Part shown: one piece after another, positions 12,265 through 24,327 of the stretch
Layout: each line of letters begins with the position of its first letter
How positions within the stretch are numbered: the first letter of the stretch is position 1
From: Takakia lepidozioides
Taxonomy: Eukaryota > Plantae > Bryophyta
NCBI GenBank assembly: GCA_030704615.1
Contig: CM060733.1
Location: 55,118,001 to 55,182,000 of the forward strand
Direction of reading: 5' to 3'
DNA: 64,000 nucleotides
Notes under the pieces: generated by a model
Seen by the model: only the letters and a program-made list of their open reading frames with translations
What the model was told of the DNA's origin: nothing
Databases searched by the model: none
Program-made: the position numbers and the translations under genes

Positions 12265-14512
12265 GTTCCTTCAAGAGGTGAAAAACCATTACAACAAGCC
12301 AGGCAAGCCGGAGATGGCCTAGGAGAAATTACACAGGTTATCTACTACCGTTGTGTCTTCAGAACAGAAGGTGAAGTGGCTACAGATATGGAACTCCGAT
12401 CCCACTGTTAGGGATACCCACATGTTCCCCAGGCCGGAGAAAGAGAAGAAGACCCAGCGTGTCATTCCTGTCAGTGACAATGTGTTGGACACATGCTTCA
12501 CAAAGCCACTTACTGGAGCCAGGTATGATGTCCTTTGTTGTGTCACTTTCTTTTCGCTTTTCTCTGTCATTCTTTTTCCATGTTATATTGGTTGTGATTG
12601 TTTTTGTGTTCATTCTTGCTTCTGTATTGGTCTGCAGTTGGAGGAAAGGGCCCGGTTGGTTCTACATACGCAGCTGGCTGACTATGGGATCACCATGACA
12701 GAACCGAAGGTCTCCTTCCAAGCATATATGAGGAAATGGAGAGCCACAGTGTGGCAATCTTGTTTCTTTAGAGTGTTCAGCAAGGATGCTGGCATCAGTC
12801 GAACAAATGAGCTTGACCAGCAAGAGAAAGGAGAGGAAGCCTGGAAACGATGCCTTTACAGGTGCGAAATGGACTGTGCTTCTTTGTTTTGCATAGACAC
12901 AATCTCCTCCATCCAACCTGTTTTTGGCTGGCTCATATGAGTTTGTGGTGGAGTGTAATGTGTCGCAAACTCTTTTAGGGGGTCTTCGTGATGGGGTGGA
13001 AAAGCTGGGAGACAATATTTGCACTGCATAATGAGGTTGTCTCTGTTCCTGCAGGTACATAAAGTATGTTCTCATGGCAGAGAACTGCTTGGACAAACAT
13101 CCTGATTTCGTGGACCTTTGGCTTGTCCCTGCTGGCAACCAGACCATGTTTACTACGGGGATCTTGCATGACTGGGGCCCAGACCATCTTTCTGCTTGTG
13201 GTTGGTATTTGGATTGCCCTGCTTCAGAGACCCCAGCTCAGGAGGTGTCTTTGAGGAGAGAGAATGAGCGTATAGCAGCTACCGCCGCAGCAGCCGACCT
13301 CGACATTCATGAGAGAAATTTGAGGACTCTTGCAGAGAAGGAGCCTCCCGCTCAGGATACACCGGTTAAGGTAGAAAGGGAAAGGGAAAGGATGTTGCTG
13401 GTGGTGTGGGGAAAGGAAGGGGTAGGGGGAAGGGGGCACAAGGGCAGGTAGGTGGGCAGGGAAGTGTTGCAGATACTGCCCTCTGGTGGTTGTCCAGCAG
13501 ACTCCACCGCATGGTAGGGGATCCGGGAGAAAGAACAAGGGGGTGGTTGATCCCAAGGACCCGTACCATGCAGTGGACATCCCACGATGGTCATTTGTCC
13601 TACCAGGTTGGAGATGGCCAACGTCGGGTTCCTTGCCATGATGGAGTCCAAGAAATCTGATTACAAGGGCGAACCATCACCAGTGTGGGAGAGGATTGTG
13701 GAGTTCCTCGGCACGGTGCGTGTTGTCTTTTGCTTTTTGTCTGTTGTGTGCATGGATTGTTTCAATCCTCTTGAGCATTCCATTGCATGCTTGTTTGCAG
13801 GCTAAAATGACCAAATCCTGGGTAAACGGGAAGGAGAAGCCATATGCAGCCGAACTCATCATCATGGACATCCCTGATGGGTTGCCAGTCCCGGATGTCC
13901 CTCCATCGGGTGCTTGTCCAGGTTGGAATGCTTTTGATGAGCGCTACTGGTGGTGGATTTTCTCCTTTTGTAATTTCTTTCTGTCCGATGCAGGTGTTTT
14001 GGTGCTCATCCAGTCCATCGACCTTCGTTGTCGCCGTGCACTTGCCAGCTATTTGAAAGCCTCCGGTATGAGGGTCGTGAAGACATGGAATTGTGTGAAC
14101 AGCATGTACCTGATGAAGGGGGATCGTCTTGGAGAGATGGTAAATCTGCCTTCTTATTCCTCTTCTTGGTGGTTCTCGGATGGATTTGCATAAGTCGCTC
14201 AAATGAATATGTAGGGGCCTGGTTTTCAAGCTTCTTAGTTCCTTGTGTATGTCCTGTTCGCAGACTCGTTTGTTTGAAGCTGTTTGTCTCGTCCGAGTGC
14301 ATCCACCTACGACTCCAGCTGTCATTAGGGGGTTCGCCATCACTCATGGGGGCAAGTTCATAGACGAGAGGACAGATCCTCCCACGGATGACATGCACCA
14401 CAACTACGTGGACAGCAACGTGTGCTTGCGAAGGGGGAATGGGGTTCCTTGGAGAGGGGCCAGGGAGAGGAGCCCGGTTCTCATTCAGACGATTGTGGAG
14501 TGTTGCACCTAC
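12265..14512 (+). pseudogene. 3' part of ParB-methyltransferase gene copy B (inverted relative to its 5' part), with MTase domain
   Basis: Resumes at gttccttcaagagg, matching copy A from 3981. Exons encode ELIIMDIPDG (13867; motif IV-like), FCNFFLSDAGVLVL and PWRGARERSPVLIQTIVECCT (motif X-like). Cut off by a retroelement at about 14513. Confidence 0.75.
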
Positions 14513-17500
14513 ACAGACGCCAGACACAGACGACTGTGAGGGAACGACATCTGTAGAAGGAACGTGTTACTTCAGGGATGACGGTTAATTAGTTAGGTGG
14601 TTAGAACAGCTTGCGGGCAGATAAGGAGAGCGGCAACGGAAAGAAGGAGACTTCACGGGGAGCGCTTTTGGGTCATGGGAAGGGGAGATCAGGCGGAGAG
14701 CAGGAACGAGAGCACAAAGAAGGAGAAAAGATGAATAGTAGATGCTTATTACATGCAGAGCTGTAGTGATACTGTAGGGCGGATTAGAGTCACCTTGACA
14801 TTGGCCTGGTACCTGATAAATCGTAATCTGATACTTATTCGATACAAGCACACTGTGTAGAGAGACATGAGTGAAGCTGTGAAATGAATGCATGATTAAC
14901 TGGAACTAAGTAGATACTGAAGCAATCTGATGCTTCAGTATCAGATAAGGTAAATTGATAACATGAAGGCAAGAAGGAATACAAATGGGAAGCACAACCA
15001 TGATTCACTAGCTGCAGGTCATGACTGATTGTACTGAGCGGGCTGAGTGCTTAGAGATATCCAACTCTTCTATCTTGGAGTTTCCACCTCGGATAGCGAA
15101 GGGATGGGTGAGTAAAAGCCGCTCGACATTTGGCGACCATACTGGGGAACTGGGTTGTGAACAACCAGATGTGATAGGCATCTGGTGGGATCATGGTGGT
15201 TGGAGAATTAAAGAATTTGATGTGAATCAAATTCCTTGTAAAACTGAGAAGGAAAGATTGTCCAAACAATTCTTTCAGAGGTTCTTGGAATTGCCAGACG
15301 GTTGTAAAGAAAACATTCTTAAGAGAGTGCATGATGCTGACCCTGAGTGGGGTCTGGAGAAAGGAGTGATAAAGATTTATCAGGTGGCCTGTAGGGGAAG
15401 AGCACGTTGGTTACCAACACTGGTTTATGTGATAGCATTGCTATCCATTAAGCGAGTAGAGTTGAAGGCTGGGAGGAAAGGAAGATGAATGTTTATACTC
15501 ATATGCATGAAGAGCTTGTACTGGTAAAGAATTGGATTCCAAGGATATTCTGTGGATCAACTCACACCAAGAACAGCTTTCCAGACTTGTTTGCCATATG
15601 GTTATATGGTAACGGAGACTTCTAGTATAGCCAAGGGTGCATTGAAGCTTGAAAGAAACCCAGGCATATACGAGAGATACTACAGAAGAGAGTTTTGGTT
15701 ATTGCCACATTAAAGAAATGAAAGACATGGGACATGAGTGATGAAAGAGAAGCTAGACTCCAGAGATATTCAGCAAAAAGAGAAAGTTATGAAAGCTAAT
15801 TATCCATATCTTTGGGAGAGAGGAATAGACATAGGGGAATCATCTGGACCTCTCACACCATTAAGATCAGAGAGTACATCACCCATACCGGAAGAACTAG
15901 AGTTGGATGCCACTCCTTCTTTTTCTTTGCAAGAAAGATTAAGGGAATTGGTACAGGAAGAAGATCAACCGCGAGGTGAAAGATCTGAAGTACATCCCTG
16001 GATAAAAGATTTGACAGAAATCTTTGATAAGAGTTGGCATGGAACACCAAAAGCAGGAACTCCAGTTTCTGAGACAGAAGATGAAGAAGGAGGAGAGGAT
16101 GTGGCAGAGCCAACGGAGAGTTCAGACTCTCCAACACCATTGCAGTTGAGTTACATGAGTGAAGAAGAAACCCAAGGGCAGAACTTGGAGGATGAAAACA
16201 GAGAGAAGAAATTGGAAGAGGAAGAGTATGAAGAAGAAGTAGACCCAACAGCTGAGGTTGAGACTACAACCAGGACATCCCAACCCGTTGGATTTGGATC
16301 AAGTGGAGCACTTGGATCACAGGCCAACGAAGGTGTCGGCTCAGGGGGATCAGGCGGGCAGCCTGGATCTGGCTCTAGGGGGACAGGGAGTGTGGGAAGT
16401 AGTGCAACTGGGGTTGGGAATACTGTGAATATCGTGGGGCTAGTAGCAGGGAGTGCTCAGGGGCCACCACTTGGTGGAAGTTCCACCACAACTACAACAA
16501 GTCCTCTAGGGACCGACACCAGCAAGGGGGCCAGCATCTATCAGTGGGTAGAAGGTAGGGCCACAGATGGCATTACAACCAACACGGGCAAAACCACCTT
16601 TTCCAATATATTCAGGAAAAGGGGATCCTGATGTACACCTTAGCCAATTTGAGCACATGTGTATTGTGAACAATGAGAATGGCGATGATGCCAAGATGAG
16701 GTTGTTTCCTTGTTCACTTATCAAGAAAGCAAGTGAATGGTATGCAAGATTCCCTGATAATCATTTCCTAACTTGGAATGGCTTGAATACAACATTCCAA
16801 AATAGGTTCAGGACAAGTAAAACTGAGGATGAAGTGTATGGAGGTTTACAACAGTTAAAGCAAAAGAAGCATGAAATTGTTGAGGAGTATATGGAAAAGA
16901 TGGAATTGATGATGAAAAAGCTGGCTGCTATACCAGCACCAGGTTTACAGAAGACTTGGTTTGTGAGTGGACTAAGACCAGAGTTGCAAAAGAAAGTGGA
17001 TATGTTACCCCATAATACAGTGGAGGAGGCATTTGAAACAGCGAACAGAATTGAGCAATTGGGAATGCTCAAGAGAGAGAAAAGGGATGATGAGGACTCT
17101 GAGGATGAGTCAGATGAGGAAGAAGAGCAAGAGTTGAAAAGGAAGAGTAAGAGGAAGGAAAAGTTGAAGAGGGATAACTATGAGAAAGGATTAGAAGAAA
17201 TCTTGAAGAAGTATGCCACAGAGGCTGCAACACATTGGAGGAAGGGTGTTTGGTGTGCAAAGTGCCAGAATGAAGGCCATACCACCACTGAATGCCACAT
17301 GAAGGAGAAACATTGTACTATCTGTAAGATGGATAACCATTCTACTGAGAATTGTTACTACAACAGAAGGAACTGCAAGAGAACCTAGGCAAGTAAGGAT
17401 GCATCAAGTGCAGCCCCAGCCAAGAAGAAACAGTGATCAGGACCACTATGGTAGGCCTGGTGGTTATAACAATGGTATGGAAGGGAGAGGTAATCCAAGA

Positions 17501-18322
17501 GGGAATTACCAAGGAAATTCCAGGGGCAACTATCAGGGTAATCCAAGGGGGAATTACCAGCCAGGGAATCGGGATTACAGAAATAAATCCTAGAGCAGAC
17601 CAAGGGCGAGGACCCAATGGTGAAGAACTGCATTACTATTGTAATCAGGCAGGACATTGCAAGGCAGCCTGTTCATTCTGGATTAGACACCAGAATGAGA
17701 TGAGAGCTCCTGTGAATGAGGGCCCAATGGTAGTAGCTCACATGGTTAGGCCATGTGTTGTACCAGAAGTAAGTACAATGATAGTAACGAGAAGCAAAGC
17801 CAAACTAATACCTCCAGTAGATGAGGAAGATGGCAGTGATGTGCCTGAAGATGATGAGGCTTGGAGAGATGAGAAAGAACTACACAAGGAAGTGGCAGAT
17901 ACCATAAGGGAAATGCAGAAGAGTACTGATATTCCTATGGCAGATTCCTCTGATTCTGATAGAGAAGAAGTGAGTGAGGATGAAAGGAAGAAAGAAATAG
18001 ACATGCAGAGTAATGAAGGGACTTTGGCTGAAGTAATATGCCAGACCAAAGCGGAGATTACCATTGGACAACTATTGGCTGCAGCACCTTATTGTAGACA
18101 CAGGCTGTATCAAGCAATCAATCGAATTGCCCATGTGACAGGGAACACAGACCTGAACAGCAAGGTGACCAGTTATAATGTGAAGCCGGAAGGGCGAGAA
18201 ACAGTCATGGACTTTGATGATTTTATGCCAGTAATCCAATTGAGAATTGGAAGCACAGAACTAACTGATGTACTGATAGATGGAGGTTCTGGAGTGAATA
18301 TCATGACAGACCAATTAAGGAT
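14513..18322 (+). mobile_element. Truncated Ty3/gypsy LTR retrotransposon (LTR/leader, accessory ORFs, gag, protease)
   Basis: Leader 14540-14712 is similar to 47860-48045. Gag and protease follow. Ends abruptly against a MULE fragment. Confidence 0.85.
16567..18320 (+). pseudogene. gag: Gag (retrotrans_gag, CCHC knuckles) and aspartic protease
   Basis: FPIYSGKGDPDVHLSQF...LFPCSL...ASEWY; CAKCQNEGHTTTEC and CTICKMDNHSTENC; protease VLIDGGSGVNIM at about 18270. Contains stops and frameshifts. Confidence 0.9.
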
Positions 18323-19239
18323 ACATGCAAACTGTGTCTTTGCATCATCCAAGGTGGGAGCACACTTCCACGCAAGACACATGGAACGGTGCTCCTCTCT
18401 GAAATCTGGCGCCACGAGCCTGGTTGTGTACTACGACAAGCTCTGCAGAAAATGGAACCCATAAGATGTCTCCTTGCTTTTCATCGGAACATTGGGGTCT
18501 TCCCCGTACACCCTTCGGATGGCAGCCCAATTTGCTTGTACGTTGTCCGCCATGAAACCACAGAAATTGGGAGGGGGAAATCCTGCCCTGACCATCTGTT
18601 CGTTTATTCCCTGCCAAAGAAGCATCTCCGATTGTGTGTCCTCTCCTTTCATCTCACAAATAACAATTGTCATTAGCATCCTGCAGTGGGTGTCGTAGAC
18701 ATGTGCACCCATTGTCACCCACTGGTGATTTGTAATTCGCTTGATATGGTCGAACATGACCCAACTGTTTGACAAGTCCCCACTCATCATCCGGTAGACC
18801 AGTTCGACGCCGCTGCCAGGCCCACACGTTGACATTTTGAATACGAAACAACGATCTGCCTCAGTTCCTTGTCCTGGAAATCTACTTCCATGAATGTAGT
18901 CATATCCACATCGTCGCTTCACCTCCAGAATGGAGTGCATATCCGAGCCACGCCCAATTCTCTGTTTGCAGGAGACAATGTGGTTTCGGACATTCGGTGA
19001 ACAGACGTGGAACACCGACTCCAGCAATGCCTTCATTTCCTTCTCATCGAGAGGAACTTTGTCGGAGCCGTCTTCCGACATAATTCTGGCCAATGTCATC
19101 TTATGGGCGGCCTGCAGCTGTATCTGTTTGGGTTTGGCACCAGGTCTCAACTTAACCTCCTCCTGAACGAGCTGCTTTGCCTCGTGGGCAACCTCCCGCG
19201 AGTTACTCCTCGTCAATTTGTGACAATGGGAACCAACGT
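18323..19239 (-). pseudogene. Mutator-like DDE transposase core, divergent paralog (partner of copy C)
   Basis: FPGQG...FVFKMSTCGPGSGVELV...WVMFDHIKRI...FCGFMADNVQANWAAIRRVYG...FHFLQSL is collinear with 26950-27520. Confidence 0.8.
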
Positions 19240-20482
19240 GTCGGATGAAGTCGTCTCAGGGGGACAAGCCGACACCTGGCCGACAGAGAGCATCGCTCGG
19301 ATGGAAAAACGGCGCCGAATTTCCATTAGAAGCCGTTCGGATGAAGTTGTCTCGGGGGGAGAGGCTGACACTTGGCCGACGGAGAACATCCCACGGATGG
19401 AAAAACGGCGCCGAATCTCCAATGAGGCCGTTCGGATGAAGTTGTCTCGGGGGGAGAGGCCGACACCTGGCCTACAACGAATATCCCCCGGATGGAAAAA
19501 CGGCGCCAAATTTCCATACGAGGCCCGTCGGATGAAGTCGTCTCAGGGGGAGAGGCCGACACCTGGCCGACAGAGAATATCCTCGGATGGATGGAAAAAC
19601 GGCCGAATTTCCATCCGAGGCCGTTCGGATGAAGTTGTCTCGGGGGGAGAGGCCGACACCTGGCCGACAGAGAACATCCCCCGGATGGAAAAACGGCGCC
19701 GAATTTCCATCCGAGGCCCGTCGGATGAAGTCGTCTCGAGGGGAGAGGCCGACACCTGGCCGACAGAGAATATCCACCGGATGGAAAAACGGCGCCGAAT
19801 TTCCATCCGAGGCCGTTCGGATGATGTCGTCTCGTGGGGAGAGGACAACACCTTCTCGACAGAGAACATCCCTCGGATGGAAAAACGGCGCCAATTTTCC
19901 ATCCGAGGCCGTTCGGATGAAGTGGTCTCGGGGGGAGAGGCCGACACCTGGCCGACAAAGAACATCCCCCGGATGGAAAAACGGCGCCGAATTTCCATAC
20001 GAGGCCCGTCGGATGAAGTCGTCTCGGGGGGAGAGACCAACACTTGGCCGATAGAGAATATCCATCGGATGGAAAAATGTCGCCGAATTTCCATCCGAGG
20101 CCGTTCGGATGAAGTCGTCTCGTGGGGAGAGGACGACACCTTCTCGACAGAGAACATCCCTTGGATGGAAAAACGGCGCCAATTTTCCATCCGAGGCCGT
20201 TCGGATGAAGTGGTCTCGGGGGGAGAGGCCGACACCTGGCCGACAAAGAACATCCCCCGGATGGAAAAACGGCGCCGAATTTCCATACGAGGCCCGTCGG
20301 ATGAAGTGGTCTCGGGGGGAGAGGCCGACACCTGGCCGACAGAGAACATCCATCGCATGGAAAAACGGCGCCGAATTTCCATCCGAGGCCGTTCAGATGA
20401 AGTCGTCTCGGGGGGAGAGGCCGACACCTGGCCGACTGAGAACATCCCCCGGATGGAAAAACGGCGCCGAATTTCCATTCGA
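19240..20482. repeat. 96-bp palindromic tandem repeat (right part, inverted relative to 11570-12264)
   Basis: About 13 units. Same unit as 11570-12264 on the opposite strand. Confidence 0.95.
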
Positions 20483-21695
20483 CTGGTCCGAAGGTTGGGT
20501 CTGCAATTCTCAGTTGTTTCACAAAAGCACTCATAATAGTCCTTCTTGTGGCGGTCATCTCTTTCTGGATGTGACTCTCAACACCCTTTGTTGTCCTTCT
20601 CTCCTCAGGGGTAGAGCTGTAGTATTCCAGTTTGCCACGCTCTCCTGCATCTGCAATGTCTTGCTGCAAGGGAATGCACGAGAGTTGCATCAACCCAAGG
20701 GCAACGGAAACAAACAGAAACAAACATGTGGAAGCAGGAATATCGAAAGGCCAGATGATGGAAGATGTATCTAACGCGTACATATACTCCATGAAAGCCT
20801 CACGGGTCAACGAGTACCACGTTTATGATGTCTTGGAGCTTTTGCACTTCTTGTACGTCTCTGCTGAAAGGATGGTCTTGAAGTTGGTCAAGGGCATCTG
20901 CCCAATCCTTTGTATCCTGTACAGTGTGTGAACCAAGACTCGTTTTGACATGCGATGTCTCCGTCCCTCTGCAGAATGATGTGTGAAAGTCATAATGAAA
21001 TTCAAGGACCGTCAACAGAGGACTGGAACCAAAGAACCACGGAACCACAAGTGGAACATGTAGAATGAGAAACCAACCTGTTCACATCATTCGTTGCCGT
21101 TAGAAGACCCATCATGTTCCCATCACAATCCAGCACCATTGATCGAACAGAGTAATGCCACTCTTCCTCCTGTGAGTGCAGCCTCCCAATGACAGCCATC
21201 CATGCAAGCAACCGGTGGTTGCCATCCCAAACGTGAAACATCTTCCCTGAGAATGCATGGGTGGAAGGTTTCCTGGAGAGAAGAAGTTCGAAGGATTCGT
21301 TCACCTGTCTCCAAATGGGATCCCAGGAGTCCACGATTGACTCATCCACAAGGAGCTCATTGCCTCTGGAATCCTTTGTATAAACATAAAAGAATGCGGA
21401 TCCATCCAAATACCCATGAACAAACTCGGCCTCCAGCTTCAGGATGTCCTTGATGAGGGGTGGACGAACGACGGGCATGGAAACCAACCTACACAGGGGA
21501 ATCTTCAACCTCCCACCCGGGGCAAGCATACTTTGCACCACAAGCTGAGAGTTTACCTTCTGACCCCCCAACATCTCAACAACTTTGCTTTCATAGAACT
21601 CGTCGTCCACATCAACAATGATCTCCTTCCCCTGCCCCAAAGGGATCTCATCCGCCACACTTTGCATCTTCTCCTGCAGAGTTGTTCATTCAAAC
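20483..21695 (-). pseudogene. 5' part of ParB-methyltransferase gene copy B (ParB/Srx-like domain)
   Basis: ORF 21002-21667: GRLKIPLCRLVSMPVVRP...KMFHVWDGNHRLLAW. DGxHR is the ParB/Sulfiredoxin signature. Confidence 0.75.
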
Positions 21696-21729
21696 TGATA
21701 AAAGAGAGAGGCATGAAACGATGGTGTTT

Positions 21730-24260
21730 TGAGCATGGCAGACAGGCCCTATGTGGCCCAATTTCTCATCAGAACACAAGCAGTGTGGGGGCCCAAAACA
21801 CTGTGTGTTGCCGCACAATGTTTCAGCTTCCAAATAGTGGTGTTTTGAACATGATATTTGGCCCTATGTGGCACATTTCCACAAAAAAAAACAGGCAGAG
21901 AGGGGGCCAAAAAGGGGGCACAAACAGTGTGCGTTGCCGCACACTCTTCGTGCTACCAACTATGGGTGTTTTGAGCATGCATACTGGCCCTGTTTGGCCC
22001 AATTTCACATAGAAAAACAAGCAGAGAGGGGGCTCAAACAGTGTGCGTTGCCGCACACTGTTTGAGCTTCCAATAAGGGTTCGTTTCAACCTGCCAGAGT
22101 GGCCCTAGGTGCCCGATTTTCACAACAAAAAACAAGCAGACAAGGGGGCTCAAACAGTGTGCGTTGCCGTACACTGTTTGAGCTTGCAATAAGGGGTGAT
22201 TTTAACATGGCATAGTGGCCATGAGTGGCCGATTTTGAAATAAAAGAAAAGTCAGTGCAGGGGGCTCAAACACTGTGCGTTGCCGCACACTATTTGAGCT
22301 TCTATTTTGGGGTGGATTCAACCTACCAGACTGGCCCTAGGTGCACAATTTTCATGTCAAAAAACAAGCAAATCAGGGGGCTCAAAGAGTGTGCGTTGAC
22401 GCACACTGTTTGGGCTGCCAAGTAAGTGTGAATTGAACCTGACAGAGATGACATTTGTGGTCGATTCTAAAATGAGAAAATAATGTCAAGTGTGGGCGCA
22501 AATAGTGTGCAATGCCACACACTGTTTGAGCCTCCAAAAAGGGGTGGAATGAACCTTAGAGAGAGGCGACTGTGCGCACAATTTTCACATTCAAGAAACA
22601 ATTACAAGGGGGGCTCAAACAGTGTGCGTTGCACACACTGTTTGAGCTGCCGAGTTAGTGTGGATTGAACCTCACAGAGTTACCTTGTCTGGACGATTTT
22701 ATTATGAAAAAAACAATGAGAAGGGGGGCTCAAACAGTGTGCGTTGGCGCACACTGTTTGAGCTTCGAATTAGGGATGGATTGAACCAGTCAGAGAGGCC
22801 CCTGTGTGCACCATTTCCACACCCAAAAAACAAGGCACAATGGGGGCTCAAACAGTGTGCATTGACGCACACTATTTGAGCTTCCAATTCGGGGTGGATT
22901 GAACCTGCCAGAGTGGCCCTATGAGGCCGTTTTAAACATGAAAAAATAAGCAAAATGGGGGGCTCAAACAGTGTGTGGTGCCGCACACTGTTTGAGCTTC
23001 CAATTCGGGGTGGATTGAACCTGCAGGACTGGCCCTATGTGACCGATTTTCACATGAAAAAATCAATGACAAGGTGGGCTCAAACAGTGTGCGTTGACGC
23101 ACACTGTTTGAGCTACTAGGTAAGTGTGCATTGAACCTGGCAGACTGGCCCTATGTGGCCAATTTTCACATGAAAAAAACAATGACAAGGTGGGCTCAAA
23201 TAGTGTGCGTTGACGCACACTGTTTGAGCTGCCAGGTAAGTGTGCATTGAACCTACAAGACTGGCCCTATGTGGCCGATTTTCACATGAAAAAAACAATG
23301 ACAAGGTGGGCTCAAACAGTGTGCGTTGACGCACACTGTTTGAGCTGCCAGGCCCTATGTGGCCGATTTTCACATGAAAAAAACAATGACAAGGTGGGCT
23401 CAAACAGTGTGCGTTGACGCACACTGTTTGAGCTGCCAGGCCCTATGTGGCCGATTTTCACATGAAAAAAACAATGACAAGGTGGGCTCAAACAGTGTGC
23501 GTTGACGCACACTGTTTGAGCTGCCATGTAAGTGTGCATTGAACCTGCAAGACTGGCCCTATGTGGCCGATTTTTACATGAAAAAAACAATGACAAGGTG
23601 GGCTCAAACAGTGTGCATTGACGCACACTGTTTGCGCTGCCAGGTAAGTGTGCATTGAACCTGCAAGACTGGCCCTATGTTGCCGATTTTCACATGGAAA
23701 AAACAATGACAAGGTGGGCTCAAACAGTGTGCGTTGACGCACACTGCTGGAGCTACCAGGAAATTGTTGATTGAACCTCATAGAGATACCCTGTCTAGAC
23801 GATTTTATTATGAAAAAGCAGTGAGAAGGGGCTCGAACAGTGTGCGTTGGTGCACACTGTTTGAGCTTCGAATTAGGGGTGGATTGAACCAGATAGAGAG
23901 GCCCCTGTGTGCATCATTTCCACACCAAAAAACAAGGCACAAGGGGGGCTCAAACAGTGTGCGTTGACGCACACTGTTTGAGCTTCCAATTCGGGGTGGA
24001 TTGAACCTGCCAGAGTGCCCCTATGTGGCCGTTTTGAACATCAAAAAACAAGCAAAATGGGGGGTTCAAACAGTGTGCCGTGTTGCACACTGTTTGAGCT
24101 TGCAATTCGGGGTGGATTGAACTTGCCATAGTGGCCCTATGTGGCCGTTTTGCACATCAAAAAACAAGCAAAATGGGGGGCTCAAACAGTGTGCGTTGCC
24201 GCACACAATTTGAGCTTCCAATTCGGGGTGGATTCAACCTGCCAAAGATGTCGTGTACAT
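21730..24260. repeat. ~116-bp tandem array with the 36-bp hairpin GCTCAAACAGTGTGCGT-TG-ACGCACACTGTTTGAGC
   Basis: About 22 units (hairpins at 22033, 22149, 22265, 22381 ... 24181). Two 88-bp deletion units at 23311-23487. Higher-order duplication of about 22660-23030 at about 23770-24130. Confidence 0.95.
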
Positions 24261-24327
24261 GTGGTTTTCATATCAAAATACAAGCACAACTGGGGTTCAC
24301 ATCACCAATGAAGCACAAAGGTCGGTC

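Noticed and set aside
2794-14512. Bacterial or phage contamination as the source of the ParB/MTase motifs
   Set aside because: The genes have GT-AG introns at conserved positions and are interleaved with plant retrotransposons.
11570-20482. The two inverted 96-bp arrays as TIRs of a fold-back transposon
   Set aside because: The junctions are explained to the base by one inversion splitting a single array, and no TSD is present.
19007-20810. Long repetitive ORFs on both strands (509, 494, 311 aa), and similar ones at 11413-12289
   Set aside because: Artefact of a largely stop-free 96-bp (multiple of 3) GC-rich unit that is open in several frames at once.
21730-24260. CRISPR array (36-bp palindromic repeat with spacers)
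   Set aside because: The spacers are about 80 bp and clearly homologous to one another, there are no cas genes, and the context is eukaryotic. It is a tandem repeat.
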